A stretch of DNA of 64,000 bases, from contig JAXLNO010004157.1 of the NCBI GenBank assembly GCA_038087875.1, positions 62,001 to 126,000 of the forward strand, written 5' to 3'. This document shows positions 34,170 through 47,370 of this stretch, piece by piece (within the stretch, counting starts at the first letter, position 1; each line of letters starts with the position of its first letter). The notes below the pieces were generated by a model. It was not told the DNA's origin and ran no database searches. It saw nothing but the letters and a program-made list of their open reading frames with translations. The translations under genes were made by a program, and so were the position numbers. The stretch is from Malacoraja senta. Lineage: Eukaryota.

Positions 34170-34740
34170 TGATTCTTTATTGTCACTTATGCACTGCACA
34201 GTGAAATTCTTGCTCCCGTCGCCATAATTTGGCAGTATTTACAAAAGAAAAAGAAAAAGTCCAATGTCCGGTCCGTATGTTGGATTTACTGGAGCGCCCC
34301 CGATCCAGGTTAGCTCAGTTAAACCCCAGGCTATTGCCAGGGGGGCCTCCTCCGTCACCCTGGACCAGCTCGGCCAGCCAACAGACGTCCCTCTCCTCGC
34401 CCAACTGGCTCTGTGTCCCGGGAGGCAACTCCTCTCCTGGAGGTAATACCTCAGTCCCTCTCTTAGCGGCCCATTCCTTGCGCCCAGCGGCGGCAGCGGC
34501 TCCCTCCTCCACGACTCTCCGGGTTTCGGGGCCAAGCTCAGCAGCTTCCACCGGGTTGCTCTTCACACCGTCGAACCAAACCTGCCGGCACATATGGCTA
34601 CAGGCGACCGGCCGAGTCTATCTTTGTTCTCGGCGGCCGCCTGGTCGATCCGTGGTCATTTGCTTCTGCCGCTGCGGTGCATCCCAGAAGCTTATGGCTT
34701 GTACACCATCTTCCTTCCAACAGTCGATAACTAGCTCCTT
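34170..34740 (-). repeat. GC-rich non-coding retroposon with Rex1-like tail
   Basis: Minus strand ends gcaagaatttcactgtgcagtgcataagtgacaataaa. Confidence 0.45.
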
Positions 34741-34805
34741 CAAATTCACCTTGCTGACATTGAGGGAGAGATTGGAGATTCTGCAATAGAATAGTGAATA
34801 TATTT

Positions 34806-35130
34806 AGGGGTGGCACAATGGCGCAGCGGTGGAGCTGCTGTCTTACAGCGCCAGAGACCCGGGTTCGATCCTGACAACGGGTGCTGTCAGTAAGGTGTTT
34901 GTACGTTGTCCCCGTGATCACATGGGATTTCTCCGGGAGCTCTGATTTCCTCCCACACTCCAAAGCCATACAGGTATGTAAGTTATTGTCCTTCGGTAAA
35001 AACAATGGTAAATTGTCTCACCTGTGTCGGATGGTGCTGGTTTATGGGGATCGCTGGTCGGCACGGACTCAGTAGGATGAAGGGACTATTTCAGCGCTGT
35101 ATCTCTAAAACTAAACAAAATGAAATTAAA
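34806..35130 (+). repeat. HE1-like SINE, near full length
   Basis: A-box TGGCGCAGCGG, B-box GGTTCGATCC, ctctaaaactaaac tail. Confidence 0.85.
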
Positions 35131-35637
35131 TTTAGAATAGAACAATATGGCACTTTGGCCCACAGTGTTTGTGCCAACATGATGCCAACTTAAACTGATC
35201 TTATCTGCCTGTACATGACCCATATCCCTCTATTCCCCGCACTTCCATGTGCCTATCTGAAAGTCTCTTAAATCCTACTATCATATCTGCACTACCACCA
35301 CCCATACAGTGCGTTCCAGCCCCCCCCCCCGCCCAGCCCACTGTATGAAGAAACATGCCCTCTACTTCTCCATTAAACCTTCCCCCTTTCACTTTCTAGC
35401 TCTGGCCTCTAAAGTTGAGCATTTCCAAACTGGTGAAATGGTTCTGACTGTCTACGCCTCTCATAATCTGGAGCAACAAACAAACTGCTGGAGCCTAGGG
35501 GAACTCAGCGGTCGAGCAGCATCTGTGGGGAGGGAGGAAATTATTGACATTCCGGGATGAGACCCAGCATCAGTTTTGTTTGTTCCAAATTTGTAATAAA
35601 ATATCTGTGGACAGCAACCGCCAGATTACTGTAACTT

Positions 35638-35657
35638 TGACCACAAGAGGGCACCAG
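35638..35657 (+). promoter_or_regulatory. CTCF-like motif tgaCCACAAGAGGGCACCAg
   Basis: Matches the CTCF core CCACYAGRKGGCRS closely, in non-repeat sequence. Confidence 0.45.
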
Positions 35658-35825
35658 ATGCTACAGGGGCAGTGACAACATTGTAATGCACCTCCAGAAC
35701 AAAGGAGATATTTTACAAAAAGTTTTGCTTCCTGTCAGTTACGCATCAATTGTCGACATTGTTTAATCCCACTGCAGCATTCACATAATATTTATTAACC
35801 ACCCTTTTGCAAGCTATAGCTTACA

Positions 35826-36340
35826 CTGAAGATAGACACAAAAAGCTGGAGTAACTCACCGGGTCAGATAGCATCTCTGGAGAAAAGGTGACATTTTGGG
35901 TTGAGACCCTTCTTCAGACTGGGGAAAGGGAAACAGGAGATATAGACGGTGATGTAGAGAGCTATAGATCAAATCAATGAAAGATATGCACAAAAGTAAT
36001 GATGATAAAGAAAACAGGCCATTGTTAGCTGTTTGTTAGGTGAGAAGGGACTTTGAAGCTGGTACGACTTGGGTGGGGGAGGGATGGAGAGAGAGGGAAT
36101 GCAGGGATTACGAAGTCAGAGAACTCAATATTCATACCACTGGTTGTAAACTGCCCAAGTGAAATATGAGATGCTGTTCCTCTAATTTGCGTTTGGCCTC
36201 ACTCTGACAAAAGAGGAGGCCCAGGACTGAAAGGTCAGTGTGGGAATGGGAAGGGGAAGTAAAGTGTTTGGGAACCGGGAGATCAGGTAGGTCCAGGCGG
36301 AATGAGTGAAGGTGTTCAGTGAAACGATCGCCCAGGCTTA
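35826..36340 (-). mobile_element. Penelope-like retroelement 3' fragment (GIY-YIG endonuclease C-terminus, 3'UTR, pLTR)
   Basis: LGDRFTEHLHSFR..PVPKHFTSPSHSHTDLSVLGLLFCQSEAKRKLEEQHLIFHLGSLQP then 1-nt shift to GMNIEFS; followed by the short repeat family. Confidence 0.88.
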
Positions 36341-36869
36341 TTCAAGTTTTCTGTTTTGGACGGCAGAATTTCTGCCTCACCTCTCTTTTCCAGCTTTCTT
36401 CCCCCATACTACAATCCGTTTGAAGAATAGTCCCAACTGAAAATGTTGTCTGTCCATTCCCTCCACAGATGCTGCCTGAACTGTTGAGTTTCTCCAGCAT
36501 TCTTTGTTATGCAGTGATAGATCTGTCCCTATCAGTACACACTGCTGTGCCAGGACCAAACTGTACTCACCAGTACCATCTCCCAGTGCTACACAGTGGC
36601 TGATGACCTGTAAAGCACCAACATGCCTTCCTAACTCAGGCCCGTACAAAGCTTTTCAAAAAGGGGGGTGGCATGACAGGATCACAAAAAGATTGTAATG
36701 TGAAATAATGTGCGCGCTGTGCACATCACGAGCGCGAAGTGTGAAGTCCCTCGATGCCGTGGTCCAGGGCCCTTAAGCGGGCCCTGGAAGCTCAGGGGTT
36801 TTAGATGCTCTCTGATGCATTCTGAGTCTTATTTTGGAGCATTTTCGCATCAAATTCATGACCAATATT

Positions 36870-37110
36870 TCAGAAATTAACAGGAATCTGAGAGGTAGCT
36901 TTTTCACACAAAGGGTGGTGGGTGTACGGAACAAGCTGCCAGAGGAGGTAGTTAAGGCTGGGACTATCCTAATGTTTAAGAGACATTTGGACACGTACAT
37001 GGATAGGACAGGTTTACATGGATATGGGCCAAACGCATGTGAGTGGGACTAGTGTAGATGGGACATGTTGGATGGTGTGGGCAAGTTGGGCTGAAGGGCC
37101 TGTTTCCACA
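36870..37110 (+). mobile_element. CR1 3' end
   Basis: RGSFFTQRVVGVRNKLPEEVVKAG and 3'UTR. Confidence 0.8.
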
Positions 37111-37274
37111 CTGCATCATTCTATGACTAAAAAGTTAAGAAGAAAAATGCATGTAGATAAGTAGAGCAGATTTGAAAGAGGAGTGAAATGTAAAGGTAGA
37201 GATAGGTTTATGGGTGGAAAGGAACATAGGAAAGGAGAGGGGAGAGTGGGCTTGGGCACATGGCTGAAGGGAAA

Positions 37275-37565
37275 ATAGACACAAAGTGCTGGAGTAACTC
37301 AGCGGGTCAGGCAGCAACTGTGGAGAACATGGATAGGTGACATGTCACAGAGTGCTGGAGTAACTCAGTGGGTCAGGCAGCATCTCTGGAGAACATGGAT
37401 AGGTGACATGTCACAGAGCGCTGGAGTAACTCAGTGAGTCAGGCAGCATCTGCGGAGAACATGGATAGGTGACATTTCACAGAGTGCTGGAGCAAATCAC
37501 TGGGTCAGGCAGCATCTCTGGAGAAAAGGTATAGATTATATTTCGGGTCAAGACCCTTCTTCAGT
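37275..37565 (-). repeat. Tandem array of ~4.3 x 66-bp Penelope pLTR sub-units
   Basis: cacagagtgctggag recurs at 37280, 37346, 37412, 37478. Confidence 0.8.
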
Positions 37566-37749
37566 TATATTCATGATGTGACATGCATAGACATTCCTGA
37601 ATGTTACCCAAACCATCGTGAGCTACTTTGTGACGGTGCTTGCCCTCTCCTATAACGTCTCTGCTGCCTGGGTGAAGCAGGACAGGACACAAGCTTTGGG
37701 ACACGGTGTGAAGCTGTTGCCGTCTGTCCCAGCCTGGTAAAAACCTGGA

Positions 37750-38600
37750 AGGAGTGGATGTGGAGAGGATGTTTCCACTAGTGGGAGAGTCTAGGACCAG
37801 TGGCCACAGCCTCAGAATTAAAATACATTCCTTTAGGAAGAAGATGAGCAGGAATTTCTTAAGTCAGAAGGTGGTGAACTGTGGAATTCATTGCCACAGA
37901 CAGCTGTGGAGGCCAAGTCAATGGACACTTTTCAGGAGGAGATTGATGGATTCTTGATTGATACAGGTGTCAGAGGTAATGGGGAGAAGGCAGGAGAATG
38001 GGTTTGAGAGGGAAAGATAGATAGTCATAGAGAGATACAGTGTGGAAACAGGCCCTTCGGCCCAGCATGTCCCATCTACACTAGTCCCTCCTGTCCACAT
38101 TTGATCCATATCTCTCCGAACATGTCCTATCCATATACCTGTTTAAGTGTTTCTTAAATTTTGCGATAGTCCCTGTCTGTACCTCCTCTGGCAGCTTGTT
38201 CCATACACCTACCACCCTTTGTGTGAAAAATATACCTGTCAGATTCCTATTAAAGCTTTAGCCCTTCACCTTGAACTTATGTCCTCTGCTCCCCGATTCA
38301 CCTACTCTGCGCAAAAGACTCAACCATATCTATTCAAATCATGATTTTATACACCTCTATTAGATCATCCCTCATCCTCCTGTGCTCCATGAAATAGAGT
38401 ACCAGCCTACTCAACCTCTCCCTATAGCTTGGCCCTCTAGTCCTGAGGCAACATCCTCGTAAATCTTCACTGTACCCTTTCCAGTTTAATGACATCTTTC
38501 CTATTACATGGTGCCCAGAACTGAATACAATACTCTAAATGCGGCCTCATCAACTTCTTATACAACTGCAACATGACCTCCCAACTTCTGTACTCAGGCT
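37750..38600. mobile_element. Two CR1 3' fragments tail to tail (plus ~37750-38020, minus ~38020-38600)
   Basis: DVERMFPLVGESRT on plus; reverse-complement CR1 3' region after 38020. Confidence 0.7.
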
Positions 38601-39714
38601 GACCTCGCAATATTACTCCAGCACTCAGTTACTCCAGCACTCTGTGAAACGTCACAGAACAGGGCAAGATTAGCAAGTTTGCTGATGATACAGAAGTGAG
38701 TGGATTTGCAAATAGTGAAAATGGTTGTGAAAGATTGCAGCAGGATCTCGATCAATTAGCCAGGTGGGCAGAGGAATGGTTGATGGTTGCATGGTTCCTT
38801 GAAGGTTGAGTCGCTGGTATATTAGGTGGTCAAAAAATATTTTGGCACTTTGTCCTTCATCAGTCAGAGTATTGAGTAAAGAAGCTTAAAGATGTTAAGG
38901 GAAAAAGAGTAGCAAAGTCAAATGTGGGTCCCTTGAAGGCAGACACGGGTGAAATTATTATGGGCAACAAGGAAATGGCAGAAGAGTTGAATAGGTACTT
39001 CGGATCTGTCTTCACTAAGGAAGACACAAACAATCTCCCAGCTGTACTGGAGGACAGAGGATCTAAGGGGGTAGAGGAACTGAAAGAAATTTTCATTAGG
39101 CGAGAAATAGTATTGGGTAGGCTAATGGGACTGAAGGATGATAAATCCCCTGGACCTGATGGTCTGCATCCCAGGGTCCTCAGGGAGGTGGCTCTAGAAA
39201 TAGTGGATGCATTGGTGATCATTTTCCAATGTTCAATAGATTCAGGATCAGTTCCTGTGGATTGGAGGATAGCTAATGTTATCCCACTTTTCAAGAAAGG
39301 AGCGAGAGAGAAAACAGGGAATTACAGACCAGTTAGCCTGACTTCGGTGGTGGGAAAGATGCTGGAGTCAATTATTAAAGAGGTAATAATGGGGCATTTG
39401 GATAGCAGTAAAAGGATTAGTCCGTCAACATGGATTTATGAAAGGGAAATCATGCTTGACTAATCTTCTGGAATTTTTTGAGGATGTGACAAGTAAAATG
39501 GATGAAGGGGTGCCAGTGGATGTAGTGTACCTGGACTTTCAGAAAGCATTTGATAAGGTCCCGCACGGGACACTGGTGACTAAAATTAGAGCTCATGGTA
39601 TTGGGGGTAAGGTGTTGACATGGATAGAAAATTGGTTGGCAGACCGGAAGCAAAGAGTAGGAGTGAACGGGTCCTTTTCAGAATGGCAGTAAGTGGCGAG
39701 TGGAGTGCCGCAAG

Positions 39715-42700
39715 CAGTGGCGGACTGGGTCTAAAAATATTGGTTGCCAGGAGACAAAGGGGGCCCACCCACAACTACAATGCTATCATTTAATTTTCAT
39801 AACGAATAAATAATATTTTCAAAAAATACATATGGAAAAAAGGGTACAATTTAAAATTTTTGTGAAAAAAATGGTTCTTAGTAATTACAGTGTACATGTA
39901 CTGTACATATTACTGGCAGTAGATACCGAATGTAAATACAGAATGTTATAATTTTTTTTTTTTAAATTTTAAGTAATTGGTTGATATTTTAAAATAATTT
40001 ACTGCACAATTTACACATTAACAGATAGTTGAAAAGCACAATAGAGCATTGCATGCAGTCCACTATATTAAGAGCAATCGTTTGTGTTCGCTAGATGATT
40101 GTGCGAATCTGCCAATAATTGCTTCTGCATCCAATTCATCTAACAATTCCTTTTCAATGGTTAGCAACATGTATGATTCCAAATTCTCCTCAGACAGCGA
40201 ATTTCTTAACCTTGTCTTTATGATCTTTAGCTTTGAAAATGTCCTCTCACATTGGACTTGAGTAACTGATAGTGTGCAGATGACTTTATAAAGTTGATAA
40301 AGGTTATCATATGCCTTGTCATGAAGTCTGTTGGATGCCAGAATGTTTAGTACACTCGATGGGCAAGTGCTGCACATTTTACAATTGTTGCAACTGGAAT
40401 CCATATTCTCACCATCATTAAGCAACTTTAATACATCAAAGTTTGAAGCAAAAGAAAACAATTCCAATATTACTTGATCTTTGCTGATTTGTGGAAACAG
40501 CTTAATAATACCTTCCAATGCTTCATCTTCAAGGCCCTTCTCTGCAATAGTTTTAAACTTTGCTGGGTCCAAGCAGGACAAATCTTTATACAACTGTTTG
40601 TGTTGTACAAAGCGTGATTCTAGTGACTGGACAATGCGATCCATTATTGGGTTAAACACATTTACTCAAAAATCAGCTAGAGAATCTGAGGAATTTCTTT
40701 TATCATCAATAAGCTCATCTGCCATTATTTTCTTCTTCCTCTGCCTCTTAACTGGCAATGCTGTTTCCAACGCATCAATTTCCAATGTTTGATTTTCATC
40801 CATATTCATCTGTGAAATCCTGTCATTACATTTCTTTACAAATTCCAAAGCCTTGCTGTGAACGTTATTAAATGTTCTTGTCTGTTCCTTCAACTTTGTT
40901 GTAGCTGAATCTACCAAACTCCATGCAGTAAACATATCTAACCCACTTGTCTGTAGATAACTTGATAACGGGTTGTAGTTTCAAATATATACAAGTAAAT
41001 AAATGCTGTCAATATGGTTTCAAACTTTAGAAGACTTTGAAGTAAAACATTTGCTTCATGTTTTGTTTTTGCATCAAACTTTTCTGAATCTTGTATCATT
41101 GATAATCATGTCAATTACAGCGGCATCATCAAAACTTCCAAATATAGTTGTTGCTGCATTGGATTTTCCTGACCATCTGGTCTCACCAATTAGCTTTAAT
41201 CGTTTCATTTTTTTCTTATCCTAGATGTTTTCCAACAACTTCTATCCATACAGCCATTCTCTTGTATGATGCTTTCACAAAAGTTGCTCTATTCTGGAGC
41301 TAATTGAAAAAAGAAACTGCAGGCTCACAACATTTGTTGTTTCAGTTATCACCAAATTCAAGACATGGGCATAGCACCATTTCACTTGCACTTTATGTGC
41401 AATGTGACGAATAAAACCGTATTGTATTGTATTGTATATGAACATGTTGATCAGCCACATCAGCAATTTTACTTTGTAAACCATTATACTGGCCATAGTA
41501 GCTTGCAGCGCCATCTGTGCTATCAGATAAACATTTTTTTTTTGTGATATAAATTTTTATTAGAAGCAAACATATTACAATGTAGAGTAACATATTATAA
41601 TAGAAGAAAAAACTTTTCATATACATCAATCACTCATACATTATTAAATTTGTCAATTGTCAGTTATTTCTGCTTCTAGTGTTTTTTTTTTATATAGATA
41701 GAAAAAGAAAAATAGAGAGAAAGAAGAAAGAAAAGAGAGAAAGAAGAATTACAATATCAAAAAAGAAAAAGAGGTGGAATGAATAACTTATAATACGTCA
41801 TAGGAGATAAGTTCGTAGGTTATGAAATATAATTACATCTAATCCTGAGTTCAAGCTTCAGTCGGGCTTTCGCGCTGGGCCACTCTATCCCTTCAAATAG
41901 GCAATGAATGGAGCCCATATTTTAACAAAAAGTTCTTGCTTGTCCATTAAGACAAGTCTAATTCTTTCTAGATGTAGGGTCTCCGACATTTCCACAATCC
42001 ACATTTTAATTGTGGGGGTTGTAGGGCCTTTCCAGAATTTTAATATTAATTTTTTCCCAGTTATTATACTGTAGTCAAGGAAGTTTCTTTGGCTTGTTGT
42101 GAGTGTTAAACTTTGTTCTGATATCCCAAGTATTATTAATTTTGAGTCTGGAGCCAATTTGGTATTAACAACTTCAGAGATTATTTGAAAAATGTCAGTC
42201 CAGTAATTTTTAATTTTTATACAATTTGCAAAGGTATGTGTTAAATTGGCCTCTAGGTGCAGGCATTTATCACATATAGGAGAAATATGTGGGAAAATTA
42301 TATTTAGTTTTATTTTGGAATAATGTAATCTGTGTAAGACTTTAAATTGTATTAAAGCATGTCTGGCATTTAACGAACATTGATGTATATGTTGTAAACT
42401 TTCGTCCCAAATATCTTTCGTAATAGGATAACCTAACTCATTTTCCCATTTATGTATATATAGTTCCATCGGTGGTTCCTCATTATTTAGGAGAATGTTA
42501 TAAATATAAGCTATAAATTTTTCAGTGTTAGGATGCGTATTCAAACATTCATCAAGAATTTCTGGTTCCCTAGTCCTATAAACTTGTGTATTGGATTTAA
42601 CATAATCTCTAATTTGTAAATATCTGAAAAAGTTATTTGAGTGTAGTCCATGATTCTGTTGTAACTCTTGAAATGACAGAAAGATGCCTTCCCTATAAAG

Positions 42701-44757
42701 ATGTCCAATCCTTTTAATTCCCTGATTTTTCCATTGTATAAAACCTCTATCCAATATGGATGGCTTGAATAGAGGATTATTTACAATGGGAAGGCATAGT
42801 GGTATATTATTCAGTTTTAAAGCCTTTTTTAATTGTTTCCAAATTCGTATTCCACTATGTATTATAGGGTTTTCCTTATAGGTTTTTTTATGCAATTTTG
42901 TGGTAGCAAATATAATCGAACCTATTTCAAAAGGTAAACAGTCTTCCTTTCCCATCCTTAACCATTCTGGTTGTTGGTCCATTTCTTCCAGCCAGAAATT
43001 CATGTTTTTAATATGGACTGCCCAAAAATAAAATAATAAATTTGGCAAGGCCAAACCTCCGTTGCTCTTTGACTTCCATAAATGTTTTTTACTTATTCTA
43101 TGATTCTTATAATCCCAAATAAAGCTTGAAACAATGGAGTCGACTTTTTTGAAAACGTTTTTTGGAATATATATCGGAATTAATTGAAATAAATATAGTA
43201 GTTGCGGTAAGAAAATCATTTTTATAGCATTAATTCTACCAAGCATTGAAATAGGAAGTGTTTTCCAGTACTGAATATGTTTGTGTAATTTATTAAGTAA
43301 GGATGGAAAATTTTGTTTAAATAAAGAGGTATATGTCTTAGTTACATAGATTCCTAAATATTTAAGTTTATCTTTAACTATTTTAAAAGGGGATTGTTGT
43401 ATTGTATTTAAGTTGAATTTTGTTATTGGCATAATTTCACTTTTATTCCAATTAATCCTATATCCTGAGAACTGACCAAATTGTGTTATTAGATTTAATA
43501 GATTTGGAATACTAGTTTCTAACTTTGTAATATAGTTAAACATAATACAGATAAACATTTTTGGGGGTCAATTTTAAGATGCTGTAATGTTTCAATCAAT
43601 AGATCAAAAAGTCCCTGTCCTGTACCATCATTACTTGGCACAACTGAAAGTAGTCGCTCACAGATAATACCTTTAAGCACATACCGAATAATAATTGTGG
43701 ACGTTTTATACATTTAGCATCAATGAGACCTGCTGCTGCATCGCTGATGACACATATTTTATATCCGGTTTATATTTGTTAACCTTGAGAGATATGCAAG
43801 CACTACTAGTTTCATCTGTAAGGCTATTACTTTTACGATACTTAATGTTCATCACTGAGAACAATGATTCACAAGAATATATACATGAAAAAATCCTGAA
43901 TATTGATAATACCTCTCACATAGCTTTAACAATAACTTATGTTTAAGCACATATGCTGAAGAACAGGCTTCATTAACTTCATATAATATTTTCAATGCAG
44001 TCACTGATAACCAGATAATTACTATGGATAACTGGAGCCTACCCTGGTGTAACAATTACGTTTTTCTAATATCTAAATTTGAACTCACATGTAGCTGAAT
44101 TTGGATATTGTTTACCGATAAAAAATTTTTACGATCCTTGAAAAACTATATAAAAAGAATGGTAAAGGAGCCACGCCACGTCTGGCCGCCTGGTGAATGA
44201 TGCAACAAGAAGTTATATGCAACAATGATCTTTTATACATATACAAAAACTCAAAATTAAAAACATCTCTTCAATAAGGGGGGGGGGGGGGGCAGGCTGA
44301 GGCTTTTCAAGTGTGTGTGACAAAAATACGGACAAATCTTTGATACAAAATTTTCTCACTTGCCAACCGAAATTTTTTGGGAGTATATTATTATTTGGTG
44401 TCATTTAAGTATTGGGAGAACCTTTTCAAAGAATTAAAAATCACACTGGAGCGGTAAAATCTGAGAATATTGTAACTAATTATTATAAGATAAGTCCTGT
44501 GAGATTGAATGAATGTAAATTTTTGTGACTAATTTTAACTCAAAAGTAGTTCATCCCTGTTGATACCGTGGATATTTTTTAAATTAAACTTTCAGTGTAA
44601 TTCTAGCTGCCAGATACATCTTATTCCTTTTTATTACTAAAACAGTTGTCTGTGTTTGTTTGTTTATTGCATTTGTATTTGATATAGGGGGGGGGGGCAC
44701 TTCATCAGGGGCCCACTTGCCATCGGGCAAGCTGATACCCTGGCCAGTCCGCCACTG
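39715..44757 (-). mobile_element. hAT DNA transposon (~5.0 kb with nested L1), transposase disrupted
   Basis: 14-bp TIR cagtggcggactgg / ccagtccgccactg; perfect 8-bp TSD gccgcaag (39707-39714, 44758-44765); DGAAS..GQYNG and CERTFSKLKIIKTRLRNSL motifs. Confidence 0.93.
41539..43547 (-). mobile_element. 5'-truncated L1 nested in the hAT transposase
   Basis: 15-bp TSD cagataaacattttt (41524-41538, 43548-43562); open 557-codon ORF with FGQFSGYRINWNKS, GGLALPN, CDKC..H..C. Confidence 0.92.
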
Positions 44758-45770
44758 GCCGCAAGGCTCGGCGTTGGGGCCGCAATTGTTTACCATATAT
44801 ATTAATGATTTGGAAGAGGGAATTAGGAGCAACACTAGCAAGTTTGCGGATGACACAAAGCTGGGTGGCAGTGTGAACTGTGAAGAGGATGTTAGGAGGT
44901 TGCAGGGTGACCTGGACAGGTTGAGTGAGTGGGCAGATGCGTGGCAGATGCAGTATATATAGATAAATGTGAGGTTATCCACTTTGGCAGCAAAAACAAG
45001 GGGGGCAGATTATTATCTCAATGGGGTTGGGTTAGGTAAGGGGGAGGTGCAGCGAGACCTGGGCGTCCTTGTACACCGGTCACTGAAAGTTGGCGTGCAG
45101 GTACAGCAGGCAGTGAAGAAAACTAATGGAATGTTGGCCTTCATAACAAGAGGATTTCAGTATAGGAGTAGAGAGGTTCTTCTGCAGTTGTATAGGGGTC
45201 TGGTGAGACCACATCTGGAGTATTGTGTACTGTTTTGGTCTCCTAATTTGAGGAAGGACATCCTTGTGATTGAGGCAGTACAGCGTAGGTTCAAGAGATT
45301 GATCCTTGGGATGGTGGGATTGTCATATGAGGAAAGATTGAAAAGACTAGGCTTGTATTCACTAGAGTTTAGAAGGATGAGGGGGAATCTTATAGAAACA
45401 TATAAAATTATAAAAAGACTGGACAAGCAAGATGCAGGAAAAATATTCCCAATGTTGGGCGAGTCCAGAAACAGGGGCCACAGTCTTAGAATAAAGGGGA
45501 GGTCATTTAAGACTGAGGTGAGAAAAAAGTTTTCATGCAGAGAGTTGTGAATTTATGTAATTCCCTGCCACAGAGGGCAGTGGAGGCCAAGTCACTAGAT
45601 GGATTTAAGAGAGAGTTAGATAGAGCTCTAGGGGCTAGTGGAGTCAAGGGATATGGGGAGAAGGCAGGCATGGGTTATTGATAGGGGACATGATCACAAT
45701 GAATGGCGGTGCTGGCTCGAAGGGCCGAATGGCCTCCTCCTGTACCTATTTTCTATGTTTCTATGTTTCT

Positions 45771-46700
45771 AACATTAGCAAATTTGCAGATGACACAAAG
45801 ATGGGTGGCAGTGTGAACTGTGATAGGATGCTATGAGAATGCAGGGTGACTTGGACAGGTTGGGGGAGTGGGCAGATGCATGGCAGATGAAGTTTAATGT
45901 GGATAAATGTGAGGTTACCCACTTTGGTAGCAAAAACAGGAACGCAGATTACTATCTAAATGGCGTCAAGTTGGGAAAAGGAAGTACAACGGGATCTGGG
46001 GGTCCTTGTACATCAGTCTATGTAAGTATGTATGCAGGTACAGCAGGCAGTGAAGAAAGCGAATGGCATGTTGGCCTTTATAACAAGAGGAATCGAATAT
46101 AGGAGCAAAGAGGTCCTTCTGCAGTTGTACACAGCCCTAGTGAGACCACACCTGGAGTATTGTGTGCAGTTTTGGTTCCCTAATTTGAGGAAGGACATTC
46201 TTGCTATTGAGGGAGTGCAGCGTTGGTTTACAAGGTTAATTCCCGGGATGGCGGGACTGTCATATGCTGAGAGAATGGAGCAGCTGGGCTTGTACACTCT
46301 GGAGTTTAGAAGGATGAGAGGGGATCTCATTGAAACATATAAGATTGTTAAGGGCTTGGACATGCTAGAGGCAGGAAACATGTTCCCGATGTTGGGGGAG
46401 TCCAGAAGCCACAGTTTAAGAATAAGGAGTTAGCCATTTGAACGGAGACGAGGAAACACTATTTCTCACAGAGTGGTGAGCCTGTGGAATTCTCTGACTC
46501 AGAGGGCGGTGGAGGCAGTTTCTCTGGATGCTTTCAAGAGAGAGCTAGATAGGGCTCTTAAAAATAGCGGCGTCAAGGGATATGGGGAGAAGGCAGGAAC
46601 GGGGTACTGATTGGGGATGATCAGCCATGATCACATTGAATGGCGGTGCTGGCTCGAAGGGCCAAATGGCCTATTGTCTCTTGTCTATTGTCTATTGTCT
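45771..46700 (+). mobile_element. CR1 3' fragment
   Basis: KFADDTK..GDLDRL..VRPHLEYCVQFW; (ctattgt)n tail. Confidence 0.88.
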
Positions 46701-46769
46701 AAAGGCAGCTTTAGCGTTTTGAAACCAAAGGCAGCTTTAGCGGTTTGAAACCAAAGGCAGCTTTAGTGG

Positions 46770-47370
46770 GGTTTTTTATTTTTGAATTTATTTTATTAGA
46801 AGCGATTGTACAAGGATAAGGCAATCGACATAACACTTCTACAATTATTGTACAGCTTCATTTTTAACGTTAGAACCTAAATCGAAAAAAATGAGAGAAA
46901 AAAGAAAAGAATGACGAAAGAGAAGTAAAATAAGAACAAGCTAGAAAATAGACCCTAAGGTTCCAAAGAAGTGCAAGAGAAAAGAAAAGAAATAAGAAAA
47001 AAAAAGATGGAAATATACCTGCCCCCTCACCTATCCCTGGCATCAGGTTTAAATTTGTGTTTAACCATTCTGTTGTTGCAGAAATTCAGTAAAAGGGAAC
47101 CATGTCTTAAGAAATTGATCTGCTTTTCCCGCCAAGACAAGCCCAATATTTTCCAAATGTAGTGTATCGGACTCATCAGTAATCCACATCTTCACTGTAG
47201 GGACTGTTATCTGTTTCCAGAATTTGAGTATTAATTTTTTCCCCGTTATGAGGCCATAGTTGAGGAAACGTCTTTGGAATATCGTTAATTTAGAGCAGGC
47301 ATCTGACATACCTAAAGTGATCCGTTTTATATCTGGTTCCAATTTAATGTTAAGTATTTTGGAGAAGATA
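46770..47370 (-). mobile_element. Short L1 3' fragment related to the 41539-43547 family
   Basis: YGLITGKKLILKFWK..TVKMWI versus YSIITGKKLILKFWK..TIKMWI; T-rich tail at ~46770. Confidence 0.8.

Larger units (their letters stand above)
38895..45770 (+). mobile_element. CR1 RT region split by the hAT insertion (38895-39714 and 44758-45770)
   Basis: KSPGPDG..YRPVSLTS..SGVPQ|[16 protein letters not shown]; coding rejoins across the TSD. Confidence 0.9.

Noticed and set aside
36563-36650. Alternative leader exon ending ACT G|gtgagt (minus)
   Set aside because: No in-frame ATG with a hydrophobic core, and it adjoins transposon-like sequence; weaker than the 27343 candidate.
37610-37740. WVKQ-containing frame resembling an Ig V framework 2
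   Set aside because: No flanking Cys, no YYC motif, no RSS, and stops on both sides.
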